Source: Candidatus Lokiarchaeum ossiferum (lineage in GTDB: Archaea > Asgardarchaeota > Lokiarchaeia > Sigyniarchaeales > Promethearchaeaceae). From it: DNA of 32,000 nucleotides. Positions within the stretch are counted from its first letter, which is position 1. Every line of letters begins with the position of its first letter. The translations under genes and the position numbers were made by a program. This document shows positions 8,282 through 16,507 of this stretch, piece by piece. The notes under the pieces were generated by a model. It was not told where the DNA came from. It did no database searches and saw only the letters and a list, made by a program, of their open reading frames with translations. Location of the stretch: the NCBI GenBank assembly GCA_025839675.1, contig CP104013.1, positions 4,320,001-4,352,000 on the forward strand, in the 5' to 3' direction.

Positions 8282-9613
8282 ATGTTTGATATGTCTGGAA
8301 TTAAAATGGCGTGGGAACCCGATCACAAATTACCCTATAAGGTAGAAGATATCGGTCTTGCGGATTGGGGACGAAGAGAAATCTCCATAGCAGAAAAAGA
8401 AATGCCGGGTTTGATGGCATTACGAGAAAAATACGGTGAATCAAAGCCATTAAAGGGTGCTCGAATTACGGGCTCTCTTCATATGACTAAACAAACTGCA
8501 GTTTTAATTGAAACTTTAGTTGCTTTAGGTGCCAAAGTGCGATGGGCGAGTTGCAACATATTTTCAACTCAAAATCATGCTGCTGCCGCAATAGCTGCTG
8601 CAGGTGTTCCGGTTTTTGCATGGAAGGGGGAATCTGAGGAAGAATATTGGTGGTGTACCAATCAAGCATTATTATTTGAAGAAGGCGGTCCTAATTTGTT
8701 GCTCGATGATGGAGGCGATGTTACTCTTTGGGTTCATTATCGCCGTCCTGAACTCTTAGATGAAATTAAAGGTGTATCGGAAGAAACTACCACCGGTGTT
8801 CACCGTCTCTACCAAATGATGGAAGAAGGGGAATTAAAAATTCCTGCCTTTAATGTTAATGATTCTGTAACTAAAAGCAAATTTGATAATCTTTATGGTT
8901 GTCGTGAATCCCTAGTTGATGGGATTAAACGTGCGACTGATCGGATGGTTGCTGGGAAAATTGTATGTGTCGCAGGTTATGGTGATGTTGGCAAAGGTTG
9001 TACACAATCTATGCTTGGATTTGGCGCGCGTGTTATCGTTACTGAGATCGATCCCATTTGTGCTTTACAAGCCGCAATGGCTGGATTAGAAGTTGTCACA
9101 ATGGAAGAAGCAGCCCCAATCGCGGATATTTTCGTCACCACTACTGGTAATAAAGGAATCATTATGGCTGAGCACATGGCTAAAATGAAGGATACTTCGA
9201 TTGTGTGTAATATCGGTCATTTTGATTGTGAAATTGATGTTGCTGGGTTAAATGCTTATCCAGGAATTAAGAAAGCCGAAATCAAACCACAAGTTGATCA
9301 ATATTTCTTCCCTGATGGTCATTCCATTGTATTACTTGCGGAAGGTCGCTTAGTCAATTTAGGGTGTGCCAATGGTCATCCATCATTCGTTATGAGCGCA
9401 TCCTTTTCAAATCAGGTCCTAGCCCAAATTGCCCTTTTCACAGAGAAACATGAGGTTGGTGTTTATATGCTCCCTAAGTACCTGGATGAAGAAGTGGCTC
9501 GGCTACATCTCGCAAAATTAGGTGTTCATCTTTCCAAATTAACCCAAGAACAAGCGGATTATATTGGAGTGAAAGTTGAAGGTCCTTACAAACCGGAACA
9601 CTACCGGTATTAA
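8282..9613 (+). CDS. ahcY: S-adenosyl-L-homocysteine hydrolase (adenosylhomocysteinase)
   Basis: 443-aa [36 protein letters not shown]-binding [19 protein letters not shown]-terminal ..YKPEHYRY. The start could be a downstream Met (M4 or M8). Confidence 0.95.
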   Translation: MFDMSGIKMAWEPDHKLPYKVEDIGLADWGRREISIAEKEMPGLMALREKYGESKPLKGARITGSLHMTKQTAVLIETLVALGAKVRWASCNIFSTQNHAAAAIAAAGVPVFAWKGESEEEYWWCTNQALLFEEGGPNLLLDDGGDVTLWVHYRRPELLDEIKGVSEETTTGVHRLYQMMEEGELKIPAFNVNDSVTKSKFDNLYGCRESLVDGIKRATDRMVAGKIVCVAGYGDVGKGCTQSMLGFGARVIVTEIDPICALQAAMAGLEVVTMEEAAPIADIFVTTTGNKGIIMAEHMAKMKDTSIVCNIGHFDCEIDVAGLNAYPGIKKAEIKPQVDQYFFPDGHSIVLLAEGRLVNLGCANGHPSFVMSASFSNQVLAQIALFTEKHEVGVYMLPKYLDEEVARLHLAKLGVHLSKLTQEQADYIGVKVEGPYKPEHYRY

Positions 9614-9615
9614 TA

Positions 9616-9634
9616 TTTTTAATTTTTTTTTTTT
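9616..9634 (+). terminator. Oligo-T archaeal terminator after ahcY (T5, then T12)
   Basis: Directly after stop codon 9611-9613 come ttttt (9616-9620) and a 12-T run (9623-9634). Confidence 0.5.
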
Positions 9635-10160
9635 CTCTCCTGAAGCATTTTCTCAATTCCCTTAATTTAATTGTTTATTTTTTTAACCTTTTTTCCTCAC
9701 TCCTACAACGCGTTTAAATTGAGATTGTTATTTTACGATTTGATTTTTCCCTTTTCTTTTGCCATAAAATTAATCTTTCGTGGAAAATACAAAAGGAATT
9801 GTTAGGATCAAAGGCATGCATAGACATCCATCCCCCAAGGATGTTTCTACTGTCTGCTTAAGATGAAAACTTATATATGTTGCCGACAAAAATCTAATTA
9901 CGGTTGACATCTCATGTCTGCCAATCCTGAAGGTTCTGGAGAACAATTGTTAATTTTTGTGATCCTATCACCGCTCATATCAAAAAAAAGTTTGTCATCT
10001 CTGTGCGTAATGCTCCTTGATTCCCTTCGAGGTGGATCAGGAAGTGTTGAGGTCAATCATCTTTCATGGACTTTAGTTAATCAATATAATGGATGGAATG
10101 TTGAAGTAGATCAATCATTTGCATCCAAGATTTTGAATTGGCTATTCAATTAAATATTGT

Positions 10161-10393
10161 CACGCCTTACAGCACATGGTGCAGTTCCTTTTGGGATTTT
10201 TTTCACTTTGGTGAAAAAGGCGGGAACAGACCGCAACAGGCAGAACCATCATAAGGAGTGGCAGAACTGTGTCACCGATAGAAAATCCTTTAATTCTCAT
10301 CATAATTGGGGATAAAAGAAGAAATAAGGCACGTTGCTACAACAACATGCCTTAATACACGAATTCAGTAGACGCTGAATTCGGTGATCTAGC
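10161..10393 (+). ncRNA. Candidate IS110 bridge/seek-type guide RNA encoded in the IS left end (structure-based hypothesis)
   Basis: Non-coding, relatively GC-rich leader packed with helices. Hairpin 10199-10206/10211-10218. Hairpin 10220-10223/10231-10234. Long-range pairing ggtg+cagttc (10178-10187) with gaactg..cacc (10264-10276). Hairpin 10326-10336/10343-10353 (10 bp, 1 mismatch). Perfect 9-bp hairpin 10360-10368/10375-10383. Alternative pairing tcaccga (10272-10278) with tcggtga (10381-10387). Confidence 0.4.
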
Positions 10394-11911
10394 ATGAGTC
10401 AAAATCCCTCAAAAACTTTTAGGTTACACAAAAAAAAGTGTAAATCCCGTGGATCTCTGCACCTCTCTTCGAATTCAACTTTTATAGAACAGATAATTCG
10501 CTTTGGAGTTGGAATGGATGTGCATCGAGACACAGTTGTTGTCTGTATCTGTGCCCAAACGGCACAAAATGAAATTATTGTGGTAAAACAGCATTCCTTC
10601 CGCAATGTCCCAACAGGTCTTCAAGAAATGATGAACTTTCTGAAAAAGTACCGTCCAATTTCCCACTATCTAATGGAATGCACAGGGATCTATCATCGCC
10701 CAGTGTATCATGCGCTAGAACGAGCCTTCCCACAAGAAAAAGAGAAAATTATCGCAATGAACCCCCTTTTAGTCCATCGTCGTTTAACAGATTTGGGAAA
10801 CAAACATGACAAAGCAGATGCTCAACGTATGGCAGAGCTATCTTTTTATGATAAATTACTCCGCCCCAGCTACGTTGGCGATCCTCAATTCTTTCATCTC
10901 CGGGATTGTCTTCGGAGTTACACTCGAAGCCGACAAGATTCAACTCGCTTTAAAAACCGGATCCACCGTGTGCTTTGCAGCATTCACTTCATGTACAAAT
11001 TCGATTTGGGCAAGGAATGGTCCTTACAAATCCTTGACTATTGGATCCACCATGGAGGGGTCTTCCAAAATGCATTCCAAGCCCTTCTTTTGCACATGAT
11101 TGAAGAGGGAATGCCGATCTTGATATTGCAAAAGCATAGCGATGATTTTGCACCTTTTGCATCCGTTTCTCTGACACGGGAGAGTACATTTAATTTAGCA
11201 CAATTATTGCAGCAATTTCTCGAAGTAGAACGCCATGCTGCCCAATACTTGTTGCAGACAGAGCAATTTATTCTCTCGGATGCCGAATTCACAACCAATT
11301 ATCAAGCATTACTTACAATTCCATGCATGGGTCCCGTATCGGCCCTGCAAATTTTAACTGAAGTTGGAGATTTTCGTCGTTTCAGAGATTGGCGAGCATT
11401 CGCAAAGTTTTGTGGCGTTGTTCCAGAGATAAAAGAAAGTGGAAGTAGCATTAATAAGGGACATGTGAATAGATACACAAATGCCCACCTTCGGAGATCA
11501 TTGGTCCAGATTGCAAATTTAATAATTAACGGAAAAGCTTCTGGAACAGATCTTGATGAATTTGCTACTAAACAGTACCATTCACGTAAGTTGCCGTTCA
11601 AAAAGGCATGCATGAAGGTGGCTTTTAAATTAAGTCGAATCGTGTACAACATCCTAGTGAAAAACATTCAGTATGACCCTCACTATGAGCAAACTCAACA
11701 AAAGATGCAAAAACTACTGCGACGGAAAGCACGAACAGGCACTTTACTGCAATCCGCACAAGTGCGTGCATTGCGAAAGGATATAGGACGGTTCTTTGTA
11801 AACCATCATGAACACCTCAATTCGAAAAGTCGTTTTCTATTGACACGGGGCTTTACACAGATGATTGACAAGGTGAATAAAAAGGATCTGAATGATAAGG
11901 ATACGAAGTGA
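10394..11911 (+). CDS. IS110-family transposase/recombinase (N-terminal DEDD RuvC-like domain plus C-terminal Tnp/Ser domain), unusually long at 505 aa
   Basis: DEDD motifs GVGMDVHRDTVVV, MECTGIYH and NKHDKADAQRMAEL. C-terminal domain LLTIPCMGPVSALQILTEVGDFRRFRDWRAFAKFCGVVPEIKESGSS..GHVNRYTNAHLRRSL. About 85 extra C-terminal residues and a basic N-terminal leader. No alternative canonical start lies upstream of the first catalytic Asp. Confidence 0.9.
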   Translation: MSQNPSKTFRLHKKKCKSRGSLHLSSNSTFIEQIIRFGVGMDVHRDTVVVCICAQTAQNEIIVVKQHSFRNVPTGLQEMMNFLKKYRPISHYLMECTGIYHRPVYHALERAFPQEKEKIIAMNPLLVHRRLTDLGNKHDKADAQRMAELSFYDKLLRPSYVGDPQFFHLRDCLRSYTRSRQDSTRFKNRIHRVLCSIHFMYKFDLGKEWSLQILDYWIHHGGVFQNAFQALLLHMIEEGMPILILQKHSDDFAPFASVSLTRESTFNLAQLLQQFLEVERHAAQYLLQTEQFILSDAEFTTNYQALLTIPCMGPVSALQILTEVGDFRRFRDWRAFAKFCGVVPEIKESGSSINKGHVNRYTNAHLRRSLVQIANLIINGKASGTDLDEFATKQYHSRKLPFKKACMKVAFKLSRIVYNILVKNIQYDPHYEQTQQKMQKLLRRKARTGTLLQSAQVRALRKDIGRFFVNHHEHLNSKSRFLLTRGFTQMIDKVNKKDLNDKDTK

Positions 11912-11941
11912 GTAAAACGTGTAAAGGTTAAAAAAATATAG

Positions 11942-11990
11942 ACCTTAGTCCATAATGGGGGCTTCATGCCCCCTGGCTAAGGTTTTTTTT
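11942..11990 (+). terminator. Hairpin plus T8 at the IS right end (terminator-like, possibly also a recombination-site structure)
   Basis: accttag (11942-11948) pairs with ctaaggt (11977-11983). Inner stem gggggc (11957-11962) pairs with gccccc (11968-11973), loop ttcat. An 8-T run at 11983-11990 (its first T is the last base of ctaaggt) ends the structure. Confidence 0.55.
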
Positions 11991-12126
11991 AATATTTTTA
12001 TTAGAAGTTAGTATACAATAATGACCTGAAACTTGAAAATGATCGATATGTTTGAAAAAATACTTAAAGTTAAATGCAATATTTACGATGTTAAAATTAA
12101 CTTATAACATTGAGACAAGAGCATTT

Positions 12127-13902
12127 ATGACCATACCATTAAAACAAAATCCTTCAAAAATTTCTCAAAAAACCCGAAAAATGCAATTTTTTTATTTAGT
12201 AAATATTATACTAATTCTTGCCCTTCTAAGTGGTATAATCTCCTGTTTAAACGTCATAGTACCCAATCAAAATCGAACTGGCTCATATTCGGATAAACTT
12301 GAACCAGGAGATCTTTACTTGTATCCGATATTACCTCATGATAATGCTTTTTCAATAACATCTTCTTCACAATTAAATGCAGTTTTTATAGATCCTTCTC
12401 AATTATCCTTATCCAATTTTTCTTCAACTAAAACTACATATCAAGTCACAAGTGAAAGATCTCAAACGATCCGCTTCTATTGTCCTGCTGGGAGTAATAT
12501 TATTTTAGATTTTATAACTGGACATTCTTCTCTTGAATATAAATTATCATCTGATAGGGCACGTAGCTCACAACCTTCACAAACAAAAACTGGTAGCATA
12601 ATTGGTGGTTTTTTTTTACAAGTAGATAACGTCACAATTCCAATAAGTTCTTCTGCTGAACATACTCTTGAACTAAAGGCTCCCCGTTATTCATCACAAG
12701 ATGGAAGGGAATCGGGAAATATCAAAGTAGAACTTATTATTAATCGTGCTCAATATAACATCTCCAATTTTGATGAATTACAAAAAATTTCAGGTAATGG
12801 AAAACATTCTTTGGATGAAAATGATATCGGAAAAACTCTTTGTATTATAAATAGAGGTAATTCGGATTTGACTTTTGATTTAGAGATATTCCAGGATTTA
12901 GGTATTTATTGGATATTACTTGGATTATCTTTAATTTTAATAATAGGGCTCTTAAGAAAAAATGAAATGATTCATATTCGAATAAAAACAATAAAATCAA
13001 ATCAAAATATTGAAATGTTGCATGAAGTTCTTTCAGATTTGAACTATTTGACCTCTCAAGAGAATTTAGGAACTTTGAAAGATATTCAATCTATACTAAT
13101 CGAAAAACTTAGCATCATAAAATGCACTTGTAAAAAAAAAAGAGAATATTCGAAATGGTTTACCACAAAAAAAGGTATTTCGGTATCTTTTTATGATTTC
13201 CATAAATATAATGAAAAAATCTCTGAAACAATAGCCAAACTCCTATATAGAATATCCAACAGGTCTCACGAACCTTTGATTCAACGAGTAAAATTCTGTC
13301 ATCTTTTTTATAAGCATTTCCACGAAAACCTAGGCAAACCAATAATTACTAATGGATGGTTTGCTGAACCACTTACCCATATGATAGGTCTTGAAGGAAT
13401 TAGTTCATCCGAAAATATGCATCTTATTGATGCAATTCTGGCAATTCCATGTAAATTGATGCAATTGCAATTTTCCGCATTAAATTCTCTTTTGACTGAT
13501 CATTTTCAAGTTCTAAATAAAACGTACAATGAAGATCTCCCTAATTTATTAAAAAATTTCAAGGAATTTGCTGAGAATTATCCCAATGTTGTTCGAGTTT
13601 TTAGATTGGATATCAAAAATGAAATTAAAGTAATAGAAATTGCCATCAAACTCCAAGTAGCGATCCAAAAATTAAGTATAGAATTTAATCATGCACATAT
13701 TTTAGAATTAGTTGACGAAACTGGATGTTCGGAATCCGTATTAGAATTAAACATACCTAGAATAATATCTTATAAATTGCTAGATATTAAATATGATTCC
13801 AAGTATAAAAGAGTCAAATTTAATTTTGATATACAGGAAGAAATTGATGATTTAGTTGAAAAATTTGAAGATTGGGGACGGAATGGCAAGAAAAAGATTT
13901 GA
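12127..13902 (+). CDS. Hypothetical two-TM membrane protein: extracytoplasmic domain between the TMs and a large cytoplasmic domain ending in a WH-like module
   Basis: ATG 12127 (MTIPLKQNPSK...) is preferred to TTG 12052. TM1 is FFYLVNIILILALLSGIISCLNVIV and TM2 is LGIYWILLGLSLILIIGLL. C-terminal HILELVDETGCSESVLELNIPRIISYKLLDIKYDSKYKRVKF resembles the WH modules of the 4512..6605 product. No family recognised. Confidence 0.6.
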   Translation: MTIPLKQNPSKISQKTRKMQFFYLVNIILILALLSGIISCLNVIVPNQNRTGSYSDKLEPGDLYLYPILPHDNAFSITSSSQLNAVFIDPSQLSLSNFSSTKTTYQVTSERSQTIRFYCPAGSNIILDFITGHSSLEYKLSSDRARSSQPSQTKTGSIIGGFFLQVDNVTIPISSSAEHTLELKAPRYSSQDGRESGNIKVELIINRAQYNISNFDELQKISGNGKHSLDENDIGKTLCIINRGNSDLTFDLEIFQDLGIYWILLGLSLILIIGLLRKNEMIHIRIKTIKSNQNIEMLHEVLSDLNYLTSQENLGTLKDIQSILIEKLSIIKCTCKKKREYSKWFTTKKGISVSFYDFHKYNEKISETIAKLLYRISNRSHEPLIQRVKFCHLFYKHFHENLGKPIITNGWFAEPLTHMIGLEGISSSENMHLIDAILAIPCKLMQLQFSALNSLLTDHFQVLNKTYNEDLPNLLKNFKEFAENYPNVVRVFRLDIKNEIKVIEIAIKLQVAIQKLSIEFNHAHILELVDETGCSESVLELNIPRIISYKLLDIKYDSKYKRVKFNFDIQEEIDDLVEKFEDWGRNGKKKI

Positions 13903-14093
13903 TCTTGAAAAAATGAATTTTTCATATTTCCTTTTCAAATCCTAAATTGGTAATTTAATTAACCCTATAGTCACAAACCTGATCTACTATCCAAAAAGTT
14001 GACCGATTTGAAATTATTGTATCATGATTGAAGTCCACTGGTTTAGAGAGTAAATTTATATGATAATTGACATTAAAATAAAATAAAAAAAAT

Positions 14094-15563
14094 TTACTTC
14101 TTTTTGGTTTTCAGTACAATTCCAACGATTGTTATCACCAAAAGTCCACCACCGCCTCCAATTAAATACCATTTATTTTCAATGGCAAAATCCGCGACAT
14201 TGGATACTAATGATGATGTGACTTCAATTTTTACTTGAAAACTGACAGTATTATTATCAATATCATAGAATGTGAAGTCCATGGTATAATTTCCCACATC
14301 TAAATTTGGTAAAATCATCTCCATAGGTGAGTTCGTCCAAGTGGTGGTATTATATAATGAACCATTTAAATTTATCTCCAAAATTGCTGGATTTTCATCC
14401 GTAACTGTCCAGTTCAATTGTGGGGCGTCATCTAAAAGTTTTCTATATTGAATCGATGAGGGTTGTGCAATTATTGAGGGGAATGTAATGTCAATAGGAC
14501 GGTTAAATGGATACTCGTCGAAGATTTGAATTGGTTCCAGCTCCCAAACTAAATAAGTTGATTGATTTGCTGGCTTATCACTCCAATAATTTCCAATTTT
14601 TTCGTAGGACCATAAATTCGTAACTGAATCTGGATTAATTGTAGGTTTGGAGACAATTTCAATGAAGTTATTCCAATAAATGATATTTGAAGTGGAATCT
14701 TGCAAAAGAATTGCAATATCACAATTTTTGAATGTGTTTTTTGTCAATATGTTGTTTGATGATCCATAGAGCCCTATTGCTTGGGAAAAATTTTCAATGT
14801 AATTGTATGATATTTCAAAATCTTGACATAGCGATAATATTATAGCTATGCCTGATTCTGAATTTTGTATAGTATTTTCGAAAATGGTGATTTCTTTGGA
14901 ATCCACCATGAGAAATATTGGAGCTGAAGAGGGATCACTAACAATATTTCTTGATATATCAGATTCAGATACATTCGTAAATTGCATAATCATTTGTAAT
15001 TTTTCAAAGGAATTTCCTTGTATTGATAAGAATCTACTATCATCTACTTGGACACCGTACATGCCATCAATAATTAAATTATCTTCTAACTCACATTTCC
15101 GGCTATCAGAAATTAGGACACTCTGCCCCCAATATTTAAATTCACTATTTTCGATTTTAATATTTTCGCACTTAACAAGTTGGAATCCTTGACCACTGTA
15201 GACTGCAGTGGATTGCAATAGTACATTACGAACTACCACGTATTTATCAATGTTCACCAAATGTATTGCAGAAGTTGGTCCCGAAATGATATAGTTTTCA
15301 ATAATGTATGGATTATCAGCGGTTCCATTTCCTGGCCATTCCTCTGCTATTGCTTGACTTTCGAGTTGGGAATTATTTGTTAATGAAATCGAATCATGAA
15401 TTTCCGAGGCCGCTATCCCGGGGATTAATTGAGCATTATCGCCTTGAGAGATCATCGTATTTGCACTATGCAAAGAATTATTCGTTTGCCATCCCAAAGA
15501 AGAAGTGAAAATAAATATAAAAACCACTGAGAAAACTGTTCTCATTTTCAATGTTTCGTTCAT
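14094..15563 (-). CDS. Secreted/surface right-handed beta-helix (PbH1 / NosD-like repeat) protein with an Ig-like stalk and a C-terminal TM anchor
   Basis: Signal-like N-terminus MRTVFSVVFIFIFTSS. At least 7 repeats of the I.N..I......GI.L..S..N.I..N type (e.g. YGVQVDDSRFLSIQGNSF, QAIGLYGSSNNILTKNTF, DIAILLQDSTSNIIYWNNF). GNYWSD motif. Many N-x-S/T sequons. C-terminal WYLIGGGGGLLVITIVGIVLKTKKK. Confidence 0.75.
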   Translation of the reverse strand: MNETLKMRTVFSVVFIFIFTSSLGWQTNNSLHSANTMISQGDNAQLIPGIAASEIHDSISLTNNSQLESQAIAEEWPGNGTADNPYIIENYIISGPTSAIHLVNIDKYVVVRNVLLQSTAVYSGQGFQLVKCENIKIENSEFKYWGQSVLISDSRKCELEDNLIIDGMYGVQVDDSRFLSIQGNSFEKLQMIMQFTNVSESDISRNIVSDPSSAPIFLMVDSKEITIFENTIQNSESGIAIILSLCQDFEISYNYIENFSQAIGLYGSSNNILTKNTFKNCDIAILLQDSTSNIIYWNNFIEIVSKPTINPDSVTNLWSYEKIGNYWSDKPANQSTYLVWELEPIQIFDEYPFNRPIDITFPSIIAQPSSIQYRKLLDDAPQLNWTVTDENPAILEINLNGSLYNTTTWTNSPMEMILPNLDVGNYTMDFTFYDIDNNTVSFQVKIEVTSSLVSNVADFAIENKWYLIGGGGGLLVITIVGIVLKTKKK

Positions 15564-15676
15564 ATGATTATTTTTTTTCGTAAAGATTAAAATCTTCGCT
15601 TTTCTAAGAAATAATAGAAGCTTGGATAGATTTCAAGTTTAATCTCGCTTTTTGTAATAGAATTGGTGATAAAAAA

Positions 15677-16093
15677 TTAGTATTTATTTCTTGTAAGATT
15701 ATGTGAAGGTCCGCTATCTCTGGCCCGTCGTTCAAATGCTTTTGCTGCTTTAGCTTGTTTAAGCATGGATTCTTCAGGTGTTTCAATCAATCCTTTAAAA
15801 ATTTTGTCAAATCTGTCTAAAAATTCCTTAAACAGCTCTTTATTCATTTGAAAAATATCAAAGCGAGAAAAACGATTTAAAAATTGGAGTAAGGCTTCAT
15901 TCATTACTTCTTTAACCTTTTCTTTATTGGTGTCCTTTTCCGCGATGGAATACATTCGAATCGGAAGTAATTCTTCTGTTCCAGGTTTTTCGATCTCGTG
16001 AGTAATCATGGTAATTTGAAACTCTCCCACGGCAAAATTCTCAATGGAATCATTAAAAGCATTTTCCGATAATCCCATAATTGCCGAAAGCAA
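15677..16093 (-). CDS. Small roadblock/longin-like alpha-beta protein. Coordinates run from the first canonical start (TTG); the frame is open upstream to 16207.
   Basis: The tracked 138-aa ORF starts inside a predicted helix (LLSAIMGLSENAF). The 38 in-frame upstream codons (H I L T V YETSILFQGETILTNIFYTSSSKKILGEKTRTA) supply the beta-hairpin expected N-terminal to that helix. The upstream stop is TGA at 16210..16208. No ATG/GTG/TTG lies in the extension; ATA is at 16204..16202 and CTG at 16201..16199. Confidence 0.6.
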   Translation of the reverse strand: MLSAIMGLSENAFNDSIENFAVGEFQITMITHEIEKPGTEELLPIRMYSIAEKDTNKEKVKEVMNEALLQFLNRFSRFDIFQMNKELFKEFLDRFDKIFKGLIETPEESMLKQAKAAKAFERRARDSGPSHNLTRNKY

Positions 16094-16507
16094 TGCAGTT
16101 CTCGTCTTTTCTCCTAAAATTTTCTTGCTGGATGAAGTATAGAAAATGTTGGTGAGAATCGTTTCTCCTTGGAATAATATGGATGTTTCATAAACAGTCA
16201 GTATATGTCACCTAAGTTATAGTTCCTCTACAAATGATACTCATTTTTCAACATTTGGTGGGGCGGATGTACTAATTATATCACGAAAGATTGAAATATC
16301 TCTCTAAGTTCTGAATATCAATTTATAAAATTGAGCCAAGTAAATAAAATTTTTTCATCCTAAAAACATGTCTTTTTCCAAACAATATACAATATTGGAT
16401 TTTACCTATTAAACCTAAATAAAAAATGGAAAAAAGGAATATTTTGTTTGCTTTCAGCGGGTAAACCTTCAAAAGCTATTTATATGCTACCATCGAGAAG
16501 ATAATTA

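Larger units (their letters stand above)
10159..11990 (+). mobile_element. IS110-family insertion sequence: long structured left end, DEDD recombinase gene, short right end. Boundaries are provisional.
   Basis: The recombinase CDS is diagnostic. G+C rises abruptly at gtcacgcc (10159) and falls after the hairpin+T8 (11990). Both transitions abut the same hexamer AATATT (10153-10158 and 11991-11996). No terminal inverted repeats are obvious, as expected for IS110. Confidence 0.65.

Noticed and set aside
9676-9691. 16-nt exact inverted match with 11923-11938, considered as IS terminal inverted repeats
   Set aside because: The sequence is mostly a T7/A7 homopolymer plus aacc, so a chance match is plausible in this genome. 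IS110 elements typically lack terminal inverted repeats, and the composition shift places the left end at about 10159. It is retained only as an alternative in the spacer finding.
9914-10153. 79-aa ORF (MSANPEGSGEQLL...) in the spacer left of the IS
   Set aside because: It has no recognisable motif and an odd composition. It ends exactly at the proposed IS boundary and has a stop three codons upstream of its ATG. It is more likely a chance frame or a remnant than a gene.
10153-10158. AATATT at both IS edges, considered as a target-site duplication
   Set aside because: An AT-only hexamer is expected by chance near any boundary here, and IS110-type recombination shares only a short core rather than generating a classical TSD. 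I used it only as a provisional boundary marker.
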